Shown one piece after another: positions 18,143 through 28,126 of a stretch of DNA of 64,000 nt. The stretch's first letter is position 1. Every line of letters starts with the position of its first letter. Source of the stretch: Candidatus Anderseniibacteriota bacterium (GTDB taxonomy: Bacteria; Patescibacteriota; Andersenbacteria; UBA10190); assembly GCA_040876835.1 (NCBI GenBank), contig JBBDOX010000018.1, positions 18,232-82,231 of the forward strand. The letters run 5' to 3'. The notes below the pieces were generated by a model, which did no database searches, had not been told where the DNA came from, and worked only from the letters and a program-made list of their open reading frames with translations. The translations under genes and the position numbers were made by a program.

Positions 18143-18790
18143 ATGAACAGGAAGTTCTTGTGGTCAGTGGGCGGAGTCGGCACCCTGGCTGCTTTATTAT
18201 TAGTAATCGGCCTTGGTACAACAGCGGCCAGTACCTCGTACACATTCGTCGTGCGCGGAGTAGTTGAGTCCGTTAACACCAGCACTGGTGTGATGAACGT
18301 CACTGGTACTTTCGCTTCGGCGAAGGCCATAGTTGATACCCAGAGCAAGAATATCGGCTATTCAGTTAAGAATGCCAAGTTCACTAAGTGGGAGAATGGC
18401 GTGCGAGTTAAGCGTAATATCAAGCACGTTGCTGTAGGTGATGAAGTTGTCCTTAAGGGCAGCAAAACAACTGGCGGATCATTTGTCGTTGACGAGCTGA
18501 CCGTTAATGATCGCGGATTTGAAGTAGTTGGACGCGTTCGTGACATTGATACTGAAGAAAATAGCATCACGGTTGTAGTGGGACGCTCCACATATAAGCA
18601 TAAGGCGTATGTTAATAAGGAAGTGAAAGTGTACTACATTGACGATGTAACTAAATGTCGACGTCTTGGTACAGAAATTGATTGTAGCGAGATCCAAGCT
18701 GACAACCAGGGTATCAAGGTTAAAGGTGGTCTGACCGGCGCCGAAGGTAAGTGGGAAATATCCCACGCCTGGAACCAGTATCCTCTGTAA
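18143..18790 (+). CDS. exported protein with two OB-fold-like (DUF5666-like) repeats
   Basis: signal/TM anchor; repeats FVVRGVVESVN and FEVVGRVRDID; VGDEVVLKG. Confidence 0.7.
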   Translation: MNRKFLWSVGGVGTLAALLLVIGLGTTAASTSYTFVVRGVVESVNTSTGVMNVTGTFASAKAIVDTQSKNIGYSVKNAKFTKWENGVRVKRNIKHVAVGDEVVLKGSKTTGGSFVVDELTVNDRGFEVVGRVRDIDTEENSITVVVGRSTYKHKAYVNKEVKVYYIDDVTKCRRLGTEIDCSEIQADNQGIKVKGGLTGAEGKWEISHAWNQYPL

Positions 18791-18814
18791 AGTCAGAGAC
18801 CTGCGTTCTACAGA

Positions 18815-18843
18815 ACAGCCCCTCTTTTACGAGGGGCTGTTTG
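18815..18843. terminator. bidirectional terminator hairpin
   Basis: AACAGCCCCTC-TTTTAC-GAGGGGCTGTT between convergent genes. Confidence 0.75.
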
Positions 18844-19920
18844 TTAGCCAAACAATCCTTTTTTCTTAGACTTTTTGAATTCCTCCAAGAGTTCCTTCTG
18901 TTTGCGTGACAGTTTGCGGGGAATATCGATATGAACTGTCACGATATGATCGCCTCTACCAGACCCACTCAGAGAGGGAAAGCCCTGCCCCTGCAGGCGG
19001 ACAGTCGTTTCAGGTTGCGTGCCAGAGGCAATCGTTATCTCTTTATCACCTGCCAATGTTTTAACAGAAATATTTGTACCCAGGATCGCATCGGTAAAGG
19101 GAATTGTAGCTTCGCTCACTACGTTATTCCCCTCCCGCCGCATGTATTTATCAGATGCTACATGAATCGTAACAAAAAGATCACCAGGAATTCCACCGCG
19201 CGCCGGCACCTCTCCCTTACCACTAATGCGAATTGTTTGGCCATCAGCAATACCGGCCGGAACATCAACCGTAAGCGTTCTGTCTTTTAATTCTCTCCCC
19301 TGCCCCCCACACTCGGAACACACAGTCTTAGCCTGCTTACCTTCACCCTGACAGGTTGGGCAGACAGACTGTTGGGAAAACACACCTAAGGGAGTGCTCC
19401 GACTTTGGGTGATTACTCCTGTCCCACTGCAAGTAGCACATGTTTCAATCGGTGTGCCAGGCTCTGCTCCATTACCTTGACAGTGAGAGCAGGTCTGATA
19501 GATACGATGCGTAATTTCACGCTGGACTCCGGTGGCAGATTCTGAAAAGGAGATAATCATATCTACTGGTACATCGTTGCCTCGACGGACACGCTGGCGG
19601 GTGCGACTTCGTCCGCCTCCGCCAAAGAAGGTTTCGAAGATATCGCCAATGCCGCCTAGGTCTTCAAAATTGATATTAATATTTTCACCACCGAAGGGGC
19701 CTGCCCCTGTTCCTTCAAACGTCTGGCCGAACTGTTCATACTGACGACGTTTTTCCTCGTCGCCCAAGACCTGGTAGGCTTCGTTTACTTCTTTGAACTT
19801 TTCTTCGTCGCCGCCCTGTTTGTCCGGATGGTACTTATGGGCCATTTTCCGGTATGCCTTTTTTACATCCTCGGGTGAGGCATCGCGAGATATTCCTAAT
19901 GTTTCATAGTAATCAGCCAT
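18844..19920 (-). CDS. dnaJ: chaperone DnaJ
   Basis: HPD J-domain and four CxxCxGxG repeats. Confidence 0.98.
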   Translation of the reverse strand: MADYYETLGISRDASPEDVKKAYRKMAHKYHPDKQGGDEEKFKEVNEAYQVLGDEEKRRQYEQFGQTFEGTGAGPFGGENININFEDLGGIGDIFETFFGGGGRSRTRQRVRRGNDVPVDMIISFSESATGVQREITHRIYQTCSHCQGNGAEPGTPIETCATCSGTGVITQSRSTPLGVFSQQSVCPTCQGEGKQAKTVCSECGGQGRELKDRTLTVDVPAGIADGQTIRISGKGEVPARGGIPGDLFVTIHVASDKYMRREGNNVVSEATIPFTDAILGTNISVKTLAGDKEITIASGTQPETTVRLQGQGFPSLSGSGRGDHIVTVHIDIPRKLSRKQKELLEEFKKSKKKGLFG

Positions 19921-19962
19921 ACGATATTGCGAATCCCTAGGTGTAACAAACTCCTAAAGATA

Positions 19963-20919
19963 TTACAAATGGAACTGCTGCACAGTTACTTGGGCAGCCA
20001 GACGAGTTACCAATCCAATCCGTTCGCTGAAATATATGAGGAAGAAGATTAACGCATAGGTGGGCCAGACGATAAGGCTCACCACGGCCCGCAAAGCCAG
20101 CACGGCGATAAGCAAACCAACCGCGAATACTGCCGCCCCTTGACCTTCTGAAGAGTTGGTCCGAACCAGAGCCTGTTGCAGGTACTGGTTGAAATATCCG
20201 GTTAACAGCTCTGGCAAAGTTTCACTGCCCTGCACCTGAATACCCAGCTGCCGGCTTAACTCCTGCTTGGTACGCAAATGTTCATCAGGCGGAATCGTGA
20301 AACCAGGCGGTAAGTTCTGCTGTTGCTGATTCATGTAGGCTGTAATGAGTTCATCCACCGATGATTCTTTGGTGTAGCCAGGTAGAAGCTGCTTAATGAG
20401 AGGAGTGGCCGGAGTAGTGAGGGCTCCAATGTAGGTAGACGAAATCTGAATCGTGCCTCCTGTTACTCCCCGCTGCAGCGCCGGTACGGCGATGATGATC
20501 AGAGTAAGGAGGAACCCGAAGACGAGTGTTCGAGCTCCTGTGCCGAACGTCCGCGTAACCCGAACCCGGACGCGATCTTTTAGCTCAGTGTTTATAGACC
20601 GATACGCGGCAATCAGAAAGACAAGGAGCAGCCCCGCCGCTATGGCCGAGGAGAGTGTTATGCCTCCAAGCGCAAAAGCCATCACGGGCGGCGGCAAAAT
20701 CAGGAACACGCTCATACCTGCACCGCGAGAAGCGATAAAGGCAGCCACAACCGAATACAGCGCGGCCCAGACAATACCAGCAATTGCAATTAATGTTACG
20801 TAACCTGTGCCCCACTCGCCCGGCCCTCGCAGCAGCAGGGCGTACGTCATAAACAGCAGCATTGAGTAGAGCCCTGCAATTACCACCAGACCTATTTCTT
20901 TTTTACGCCGTAGTGTCAT
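19963..20919 (-). CDS. hypothetical integral membrane protein
   Basis: about six hydrophobic segments; lies between dnaK and dnaJ. Confidence 0.8.
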   Translation of the reverse strand: MTLRRKKEIGLVVIAGLYSMLLFMTYALLLRGPGEWGTGYVTLIAIAGIVWAALYSVVAAFIASRGAGMSVFLILPPPVMAFALGGITLSSAIAAGLLLVFLIAAYRSINTELKDRVRVRVTRTFGTGARTLVFGFLLTLIIIAVPALQRGVTGGTIQISSTYIGALTTPATPLIKQLLPGYTKESSVDELITAYMNQQQQNLPPGFTIPPDEHLRTKQELSRQLGIQVQGSETLPELLTGYFNQYLQQALVRTNSSEGQGAAVFAVGLLIAVLALRAVVSLIVWPTYALIFFLIYFSERIGLVTRLAAQVTVQQFHL

Positions 20920-20958
20920 TCCAGTCAGTATACCAGAACGCAGTATTCTAATTGCGCG

Positions 20959-22848
20959 TTATTTATTTTCTTCTTTCTTTTCTTCCGCTGTGCCTTCGAC
21001 TACATCTTCAGCCTTATTAGGTGAAGTGGCTGCTGTTTCTTGTTGCTGTGTCTGGTACATCTGTTGACCTACTTTCTGGATTTCTGCTGAGAGTTCTTCA
21101 GATGCTTTTTTAATAGCCGCTGTGTCATCGCTGTCTTTGAGTTTCTTCAGGACTTCAATCTTCTCTTCAACCGGCTTTTTAATATCTGCGGATACTTTGT
21201 CTCCTGCTTCCTTCAGGGTTTTTTCACTCAGGAAGATCAGCTGCTCCGCCTGATTTTTTGTTTCTACAGCTTCCTTCTTCTTTTTATCTTCTTCCGCAAA
21301 CTTCTCGGCCTCAGCTTTCATGCGTTCAACTTCTTCTTCTGATAGTCCCGAAGCACCTTCAATGCGAATTTTCTGTTCTTTACCTGATGCTTTGTCCTTG
21401 GCTGACACGTGCAGAATGCCGTTGGCATCAATGTCGAAGGTTACTTCCACCTGCGGCACGCCGCGTGGGGCTGGTGGAATACCGTCGAGTACGAATCGTC
21501 CCAGTGACTTGTTATCAGATGCCATCTCTCGCTCCCCCTGCAGAACATGAATTTCCACCTGCGGCTGATTGTCAGCGGCTGTTGAGAAAACCTGAGATTT
21601 CTTTGTAGGGACAGTCGTGTTCTTGGTAATGAGTGCCGTACGTACACCCCCGAGGGTTTCCAGCCCTAACGTCAACGGTGTCACATCAAGCAGCAAGACG
21701 TCCTTCACATCCCCGGCCATAATTCCGCCCTGGATAGCTGCTCCGCCAGCCACAACTTCATCAGGGTTAATGCCTTTGTGCGGCTCTTTATTAAAGAGCG
21801 CTTTAACGGCTTCGGTAATTTTTGGCATGCGGGTTTGTCCGCCGACCAGCACTACTTCATCAATGTCGCTGGTAGAAAGCTTGGCCTCGGATAACGCTTC
21901 TTTGGTTACTGCCAGAGTCCGGTCAACCAGGTCGGCGGTTAGCTCTTCCAGTTTGGCTCGCGTCAGAGTCATTACCAGGTGCTTAGGTCCGCTGGGCCCG
22001 GTGGTAATAAAGGGCTGGTTAATCTCTGTTGTATTTGAGCTGGACAGCTCGTGCTTAGCTCGTTCAGCTGCTTCTTTTAAGCGCTGGAGCGCCATTTGAT
22101 CACCGCTCAGGTCGATAGCTTCCTGCTTGTTGAACTCAGACAACATCCAGTCAATGATCTTCTGATCAAAGTCATCACCGCCGAGGTATGTATCTCCGTG
22201 TGTTCCTTTGACTTCAATCGTATCTTCTCCAATTTCCAGGATAGAGACATCAAACGTTCCGCCGCCTAAATCGAATACCACGACTTTTTCATCTTTCTTT
22301 TTATCGAGTCCGTATGCCAGAGCTGCAGCCGTGGGCTCGTTGATGATGCGCTTTACGTTAAAGCCGGCAATAACCCCAGCATCTTTTGTGGCCTGACGCT
22401 GCGAGTCATCAAAGTATGCGGGTACGGTAATGACGGCGTCGGTAATTTCGTGGCCGAGCTTGCTTTCAGCGTCGCTTTTCAGCTTCTGCAGCACCATGGC
22501 AGACACTTCAGCCGGACGCATCCACTTCTCACCCAGCTGTATCTCCACACCTCCGTCAGATCCTTCTCGAATTTTATACGGCAGCATGTCTTTGGCTTTC
22601 TGCACCTGTTCATCTTTAAATTTGCGACCGATCAAACGCTTAGCTGAAAAGATCGTGTTTTCGGGATTAACCACCGACTGCCGCTTGGCGATAGTACCAA
22701 CCAGCCGCTCCCCTGATTTGTTTAAGGCCACGACTGAAGGAGTGGTGCGGTTACCTTCGCTGTTTTCAATGATTTTGGGTTGTCCGCCTTCGACATATGC
22801 TACAGCGGAGTTTGTTGTTCCAAGATCGATGCCTAGTATTGTGCTCAT
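20959..22848 (-). CDS. dnaK: chaperone DnaK
   Basis: [25 protein letters not shown]. Confidence 0.99.
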   Translation of the reverse strand: MSTILGIDLGTTNSAVAYVEGGQPKIIENSEGNRTTPSVVALNKSGERLVGTIAKRQSVVNPENTIFSAKRLIGRKFKDEQVQKAKDMLPYKIREGSDGGVEIQLGEKWMRPAEVSAMVLQKLKSDAESKLGHEITDAVITVPAYFDDSQRQATKDAGVIAGFNVKRIINEPTAAALAYGLDKKKDEKVVVFDLGGGTFDVSILEIGEDTIEVKGTHGDTYLGGDDFDQKIIDWMLSEFNKQEAIDLSGDQMALQRLKEAAERAKHELSSSNTTEINQPFITTGPSGPKHLVMTLTRAKLEELTADLVDRTLAVTKEALSEAKLSTSDIDEVVLVGGQTRMPKITEAVKALFNKEPHKGINPDEVVAGGAAIQGGIMAGDVKDVLLLDVTPLTLGLETLGGVRTALITKNTTVPTKKSQVFSTAADNQPQVEIHVLQGEREMASDNKSLGRFVLDGIPPAPRGVPQVEVTFDIDANGILHVSAKDKASGKEQKIRIEGASGLSEEEVERMKAEAEKFAEEDKKKKEAVETKNQAEQLIFLSEKTLKEAGDKVSADIKKPVEEKIEVLKKLKDSDDTAAIKKASEELSAEIQKVGQQMYQTQQQETAATSPNKAEDVVEGTAEEKKEENK

Positions 22849-22941
22849 ATATTTGAATTAGTAATTTAGGTATGAATATCGATTAAATCGAAGCGCAAGA
22901 GCCTTCAGAAGTGAAGGAGCCTACGCTTCGCCTTAACCCTA

Positions 22942-23403
22942 TCATGCGGCTACTTTGACTTTAGCCGGGCGCATTACGGTGTCCCCCAGCGCGTATCCCG
23001 GCTGCAGCACTTCGACTATGGTGCCGCTTTCCTGAGCGTGCTCATCTGTCTTTTCAACAGCCTCATGAACAGCAGGGTCAAACGCCTGTCCGGCGGGGTT
23101 AATAATCTTCACGCCCAAATCTCCTAGGGCCTGCTCAAATTGCCGGGAGATGTGAAGGACCCCCTGTGTCCAGGGATCCTGCTCCTGCTGAGGTGGCACG
23201 TGTGCAGCAAGAGACCGGAAGTTATCAGCCACGGATAACAGTTCTTCTACCACGTTGCGCTTGACGCGCTCCTTGCTATTCAGCAGTTCGCTATCCATAC
23301 GCTGACGTAGATTAGACAGTTGCGCCCGTGCGCGTTTCCAGCCTTCCAGGTACTCCTGGGCGGAAGGAGAAGATAGGCCGTGAAGTTGTGATGAATGTGT
23401 CAT
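22942..23403 (-). CDS. grpE: nucleotide exchange factor GrpE
   Basis: FDPAVHEAV, VLQPGY..RPAKVKV. Confidence 0.95.
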   Translation of the reverse strand: MTHSSQLHGLSSPSAQEYLEGWKRARAQLSNLRQRMDSELLNSKERVKRNVVEELLSVADNFRSLAAHVPPQQEQDPWTQGVLHISRQFEQALGDLGVKIINPAGQAFDPAVHEAVEKTDEHAQESGTIVEVLQPGYALGDTVMRPAKVKVAA

Positions 23404-23408
23404 ATACG

Positions 23409-24116
23409 TTACATGTGTTCAATTATAGAAGCGACTGAATCGAGCAGCGATACGTTGCGTCGATACTGCATGCGCTTTGGCCCTACAATGAGCAGCACAG
23501 CTCGCTCCCCTGTCGGTAGCTTCGCGGCCCGCACGAGCAGGCTGGTGTGCTGAGACTGCCTGACCGGATTTTCCTGTCCGATATATATCTGGACTGCTCC
23601 ATCGGCATGCTGAGCCAAGTCTTCAATGTGCTGATCAATATTGTCCAGAAAGTTTGAAGCCTCGCGTGCAGCGTCCTGGGTATCTTCTCCTTCATCTGCA
23701 AAGAGGGTGGCCAGTCCCGCCTCCTGGATATCCCTGGTTGATAAATATCCGCTCACCGCGATTGATCGCGCCAGCTCTGCCAGTAGTTTTGCGGTGGCCC
23801 GGGCCGGACGTTCATACTCCTCCTGATACCGTGACAGCCGCCCGGCAAGCTGCTGCATTTGTCCGTCGCTGCGACTCCGGAACGTCAAATTGTCGACATA
23901 ATATCGGTAGCCTTTGTCGGTTGGAATACGTCCAGCGGAAGTGTGCGGCTGGACTACGTACCCTTCTTCTTCGAGCTCGCGCAGAATATTGCGCATCGTG
24001 GCCGGACTTACTTCCACATCTAGCAGCTCGCACAGCCGCATACTGCCAACTGGTTTGGCAGTACGTGTATATTCCTCAACAAGCCCTTTTAAAATGTGAG
24101 CTGAGCGATACTCCAT
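23409..24116 (-). CDS. hrcA: heat-inducible repressor HrcA (short form)
   Basis: SPATMRN..QPHTSAGRIPTDKGYRYYVD, VGPKRM. Confidence 0.95.
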   Translation of the reverse strand: MEYRSAHILKGLVEEYTRTAKPVGSMRLCELLDVEVSPATMRNILRELEEEGYVVQPHTSAGRIPTDKGYRYYVDNLTFRSRSDGQMQQLAGRLSRYQEEYERPARATAKLLAELARSIAVSGYLSTRDIQEAGLATLFADEGEDTQDAAREASNFLDNIDQHIEDLAQHADGAVQIYIGQENPVRQSQHTSLLVRAAKLPTGERAVLLIVGPKRMQYRRNVSLLDSVASIIEHM

Positions 24117-24138
24117 GACTACAGTATATGTGTGAACG

Positions 24139-24165
24139 TTAGCACTCTATCAACACGAGTGCTAA
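24139..24165. promoter_or_regulatory. CIRCE element
   Basis: perfect TTAGCACTC-N9-GAGTGCTAA upstream of hrcA. Confidence 0.97.
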
Positions 24166-24201
24166 CACCTATGCTACGTAAGAAGCCGGACTGTGTCAAC
24201 G

Positions 24202-25368
24202 CTATGTGTTGAGCTGCTGGAGAACAACGAGCATGTGAGAGGCGTTGCCGGGGTTGATGGAAAGCTCGCTGATAATAGAATTATTCAAACCGAAGGAGAA
24301 TGTATTCCACGTTCCTCCGCCATCTTCAGACCGGTACAGCACATTATTCACCGCCACAAACAGTCGATCGGCATTGCTGGGGCTGGTCGTTACCCTAATA
24401 ATATTGAATTTTTGGGTGAGCTCTACAGGTACGCTGAGCTGAATCCAGCTTTGTCCACTGTCGCGAGTTACCACCGCTCCGTCCTCTACCCCTACTAGCA
24501 GAGCATCGGGGAACTGCGGAATGAAAGCTGCATCAAAGACATCTTTCTTTCCGGATACTCTTCCTAAAGGTGAAGGGTCATTAATGAATTGCGGGATGTC
24601 GATATTTTCCTGTACCCCGTCTCGAATACGGATGAGTTCCTGATTGGCTGTTACAATTGCCAGCTCTCCAGGTCGGTGCGGTGAGACTATGAGGCGACGT
24701 AAGCCTGTGGCCCGCTGGTTGCCCACGGGTGTCTGCCGGGAACTGCGAACGGTGTACAGACTACGCCAGGTCTTTGCCGATTGCTCCCCCGCAAATATTG
24801 TCCCTAGATTCGAGGCAGCATAAATGCGATTGAGGTCGAACGGATCCAGTTGTATCGAGACAACCACAGAAGGAGTAGGATCTGATCCCAGTAAAAAGTT
24901 CGGCCGGTTATCGGTTGGTACGGGCACAGTAAACACCTGCTGCCAGCTGGCACCGTCGTCCAGACTGCGAATGACGTGCCCCTGCCCCTCCTGGTCAGAA
25001 CCGGCTACGACCACAGTTTTGTCATCCAAAACCACTACGTCCAACGCTCGCGTTAAAGGCGTTGATATTACAGTCCAGCTTTCACCACCGTCTTCGCTTT
25101 TAACTATCCCCTGCCCTCCGGCTGCAACATAGACTAACTGAGGATCAGCTGGCACCCGAAAGATATCAAATAGAGAAAAGCGCGCGATATACTCGCCGGG
25201 TTTTCCCACAATCGCAACTGCCTGATCAAAGTTGGCACCCGCACTAGTGGAGCGGTAGATTCCTCCAGGTGGAGCCGGTGAGACATTCCGAGCGCATCCG
25301 CCGAGCGCCAGAAATGCAATGGCTACGGTTGGTACAAAAAAACTGCGTATCGTGTAGGTTCTCGGCAC
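24202..25368 (-). CDS. lipoprotein with BNR/Asp-box repeats (Ycf48/sortilin-like propeller)
   Basis: lipobox LGGC; repeated S.DGG.SW. Confidence 0.8.
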   Translation of the reverse strand: MPRTYTIRSFFVPTVAIAFLALGGCARNVSPAPPGGIYRSTSAGANFDQAVAIVGKPGEYIARFSLFDIFRVPADPQLVYVAAGGQGIVKSEDGGESWTVISTPLTRALDVVVLDDKTVVVAGSDQEGQGHVIRSLDDGASWQQVFTVPVPTDNRPNFLLGSDPTPSVVVSIQLDPFDLNRIYAASNLGTIFAGEQSAKTWRSLYTVRSSRQTPVGNQRATGLRRLIVSPHRPGELAIVTANQELIRIRDGVQENIDIPQFINDPSPLGRVSGKKDVFDAAFIPQFPDALLVGVEDGAVVTRDSGQSWIQLSVPVELTQKFNIIRVTTSPSNADRLFVAVNNVLYRSEDGGGTWNTFSFGLNNSIISELSINPGNASHMLVVLQQLNT

Positions 25369-25391
25369 ACATTTATAGTATCATATTTGAT

Positions 25392-26282
25392 ATGGAGCAG
25401 CGTGTAGAAATAAAAGGAATTCAGTGGCAGAACCTGGAAAAACCCGATAACGGGGAGTTGGCTGCTTTTATTCGTGCTACGGAACTGTTGCCGATTGATG
25501 CTGAATTCATTATGCATGATCATCAGCGGCCGGAAGTTGCTATCCGCAGCGACTACATTCTGACGCTGGTTCATATCCCGGTGTTTGACAAGAAGCTGCG
25601 AGTGACGAGCGGCGCTCCGCTGTACTTTGTTGTCAAAGAAAACACTATTTACACCCTGCAATACCAGCACATAGTGACCCTGCAAAAAATTATTCAGGAA
25701 TTTGAAAAGAATGCAGATATTCATCGAGAGCTGTTTTCAGATAGCGCCTTGAGCTTGGCGCTGTATTTGATCAGCCTGCTTAATAGTAGTTCGTTCCGGA
25801 AAGTGACTCGCCTGGCTAAGCACATTGAGATTGCCGAGGATGCGGTCTTTCACGGCAACGAACGTAAGATGGTGGAGGAAGTAGGTATTTTAACTCGAGA
25901 TGTTCTCGACTTCCGTCGCATTATCCGTCCGCAAATTACGCTGTTTTCTCTTGCCTCACTGGATGATTTTCCGGATGACATTCGCGCTCAATGGGCCCGT
26001 ATCAGCGGACAGTTGAATCAGATGTGGGAATTGCTGCAGGCGCTGCATGACAGTACGAAGGAGTTGCGGAATACTAACGATTCAATGCTGCAATACAAGG
26101 AAAATGAGTTGCTGCGTCTGCTCTCCTTTTATTCCATTATCGCCATTCCCATTTTGATGCTTGCCAACCCTTACAGCTCAGGCGATCCGGAAGCCAGAAG
26201 CGTTTTCTGGGGAGCGCTGGGGATTCTACTGCTCCTTCTGGGATTAATCTTTCTGCGGGCCAAACGTCGGCGGGTGCTGTAA
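25392..26282 (+). CDS. CorA-family divalent cation transporter (GMN motif absent)
   Basis: CorA-like soluble domain (QRP, LVHIPVF, IEDAVF) and two C-terminal TMs; start at ATG 25392. Confidence 0.75.
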   Translation: MEQRVEIKGIQWQNLEKPDNGELAAFIRATELLPIDAEFIMHDHQRPEVAIRSDYILTLVHIPVFDKKLRVTSGAPLYFVVKENTIYTLQYQHIVTLQKIIQEFEKNADIHRELFSDSALSLALYLISLLNSSSFRKVTRLAKHIEIAEDAVFHGNERKMVEEVGILTRDVLDFRRIIRPQITLFSLASLDDFPDDIRAQWARISGQLNQMWELLQALHDSTKELRNTNDSMLQYKENELLRLLSFYSIIAIPILMLANPYSSGDPEARSVFWGALGILLLLLGLIFLRAKRRRVL

Positions 26283-26284
26283 CT

Positions 26285-27709
26285 GTGGCAAGCGATATTC
26301 AATTATATAATTCTCTTACCAAAAGACTTGAGACATTTAAATCTCAGGAGCCTGGTAAGGTTTCGTTATATAACTGCGGACCCACGGTCTACAAGCGTCA
26401 GCATATCGGCAATATGCGCCGATTTCTGTTTTCGGACTTTCTGCGAAGAACGCTGGAATCTTTCGGCTATGAGGTCCGGGAGATTACCAACATTACTGAC
26501 GTTGGACACCTCACTCAGGACGAGATCAATGCCGGAGAGGATAAGATAGAAAAAGAAGCTAAAGCTCAGAGTGTTACCCCGGCCGATATCACTGTCAGAC
26601 AAATCCAGCTGTTTATGACCGACATCAAAGCTCTGAATATTGAGTCTGCACATCTCTACCCCCGAGCGACTGAACATATTCAGCAGATGCAGGATATGAT
26701 TGTGACTTTGATCGAAAAAAACCATGCGTATGAAACTGCCGAGGGTGTATATTTTGATGTTCAGTCTTTTCCGGATTATGGAAAGCTGTCGGGTAATACG
26801 CTGGAAAAAATAGATCCTGGTCACCGTGTGGATGTGCGCGAAGAAAAGAAGCATCCGGCTGACTTCGCGTTGTGGGTAAAGGATGATCAGCACCTGCAAA
26901 AATGGAATTCCCCCTGGGGGGTGGGCTACCCCGGCTGGCATATTGAATGTTCAGCCATGAGCCTGGCGTACCTGCCTGCCCCCATTGATATCCACACCGG
27001 GGGCGAGGATAACCGATTCCCCCATCATGAGAATGAGATTGCCCAGTCAGAAGCTGCCCTTGGCGTACCGTTCGCCCACTACTGGCTGCATAACCGCCAT
27101 CTGCAGATGGGCGGACAGAAGCTGGCCAAGCGGGAAGGTCAGCAGATTACCCTCGACACTATTAGAGAGCGGGGCTTTTCTCCCCTGGCTTTCCGTTTAT
27201 TTGTATTCGGCACCCACTACCGAACTAAGATCGACTTTAGCTGGGAGGCTTTAGCGGCCGCTCAGGAATATCTCGAAACCATCCGACAGCTTGTGCGTCT
27301 GCTGCAAGAGCAAGGTGTAAAACCAGGTCAGCCTGATCATCAGGTGGTTGAAGCTTTCCGCTTAGCCCTAGGAGATGATTTGAATACACCTGAGGCAAAT
27401 GCTGTCTTTGCAGAGTATGTTCGGAAGATGAACAAGCTGCTGGCAGAAGGCGCACCGTCAAAAGAACTTGAGCAGGCATACGGCACGCTGCATGCGATGG
27501 ATACTGTAGTTGGCGTCATCGGTCCACTTGAAGTTGAATTAGGACATGAGGATATTCCAGTTGATATCCAAGCTTTGGCAACCGAGCGGGAACAGGCCCG
27601 GGCTGAAAAACAGTTTGAGCGCGCTGATGCATTACGCCTGGAGTTAGAAACAAAAGGATATCGCGTTGAAGATACATCTGCTGGTCCTCGCGTCATCAAG
27701 TTGCAATAA
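26285..27709 (+). CDS. cysS: cysteine--tRNA ligase
   Basis: [35 protein letters not shown] (KMSKS variant). Confidence 0.98.
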   Translation: MASDIQLYNSLTKRLETFKSQEPGKVSLYNCGPTVYKRQHIGNMRRFLFSDFLRRTLESFGYEVREITNITDVGHLTQDEINAGEDKIEKEAKAQSVTPADITVRQIQLFMTDIKALNIESAHLYPRATEHIQQMQDMIVTLIEKNHAYETAEGVYFDVQSFPDYGKLSGNTLEKIDPGHRVDVREEKKHPADFALWVKDDQHLQKWNSPWGVGYPGWHIECSAMSLAYLPAPIDIHTGGEDNRFPHHENEIAQSEAALGVPFAHYWLHNRHLQMGGQKLAKREGQQITLDTIRERGFSPLAFRLFVFGTHYRTKIDFSWEALAAAQEYLETIRQLVRLLQEQGVKPGQPDHQVVEAFRLALGDDLNTPEANAVFAEYVRKMNKLLAEGAPSKELEQAYGTLHAMDTVVGVIGPLEVELGHEDIPVDIQALATEREQARAEKQFERADALRLELETKGYRVEDTSAGPRVIKLQ

Positions 27710-27783
27710 CGGATCAATCACTTATATTTTCTGTATTGGCCCTACTGGAGTAGGGACGTTCTTTCCCGCAGGAGGATCCTGAC

Positions 27784-27990
27784 ATGAGGTGTGTGGTTTT
27801 TGGATCCGATGGGCTGCCCCTTGCCCCGTCGATCGACCAGACTCGCGGCGTGCGCTTGATTCGAAACAGAAGCGGAGAACTGTATGTCTGTCGCCAGTGT
27901 CCCTTCTCTTGCTACATCAAGGAGGGAGCTGTCCCACGCTATGTCCGCTGTAGCCAATGTGGCGGCGTGATGGACCCCTCTCCTACGTAA
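27784..27990 (+). CDS. small Cys-rich putative zinc-ribbon protein
   Basis: AGGAGG SD; CRQC...CSQC. Confidence 0.55.
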   Translation: MRCVVFGSDGLPLAPSIDQTRGVRLIRNRSGELYVCRQCPFSCYIKEGAVPRYVRCSQCGGVMDPSPT

Positions 27991-28126
27991 ACTGTGCTTT
28001 GTTTTCGCCTTTGTTTACTCCCCAACCTTCCGACCTTCTAGGTCGGATTTTTTCCCACACCTTTTCCACTTACCCAAGCGAACAGATAGCGGTATAGTAA
28101 CGATTGCTATTCACTTAAGAGGTCGT

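Noticed and set aside
22885-22935. Hairpin between grpE and dnaK
   Set aside because: No T-tract; an ordinary intercistronic stability or processing stem with no further evidence
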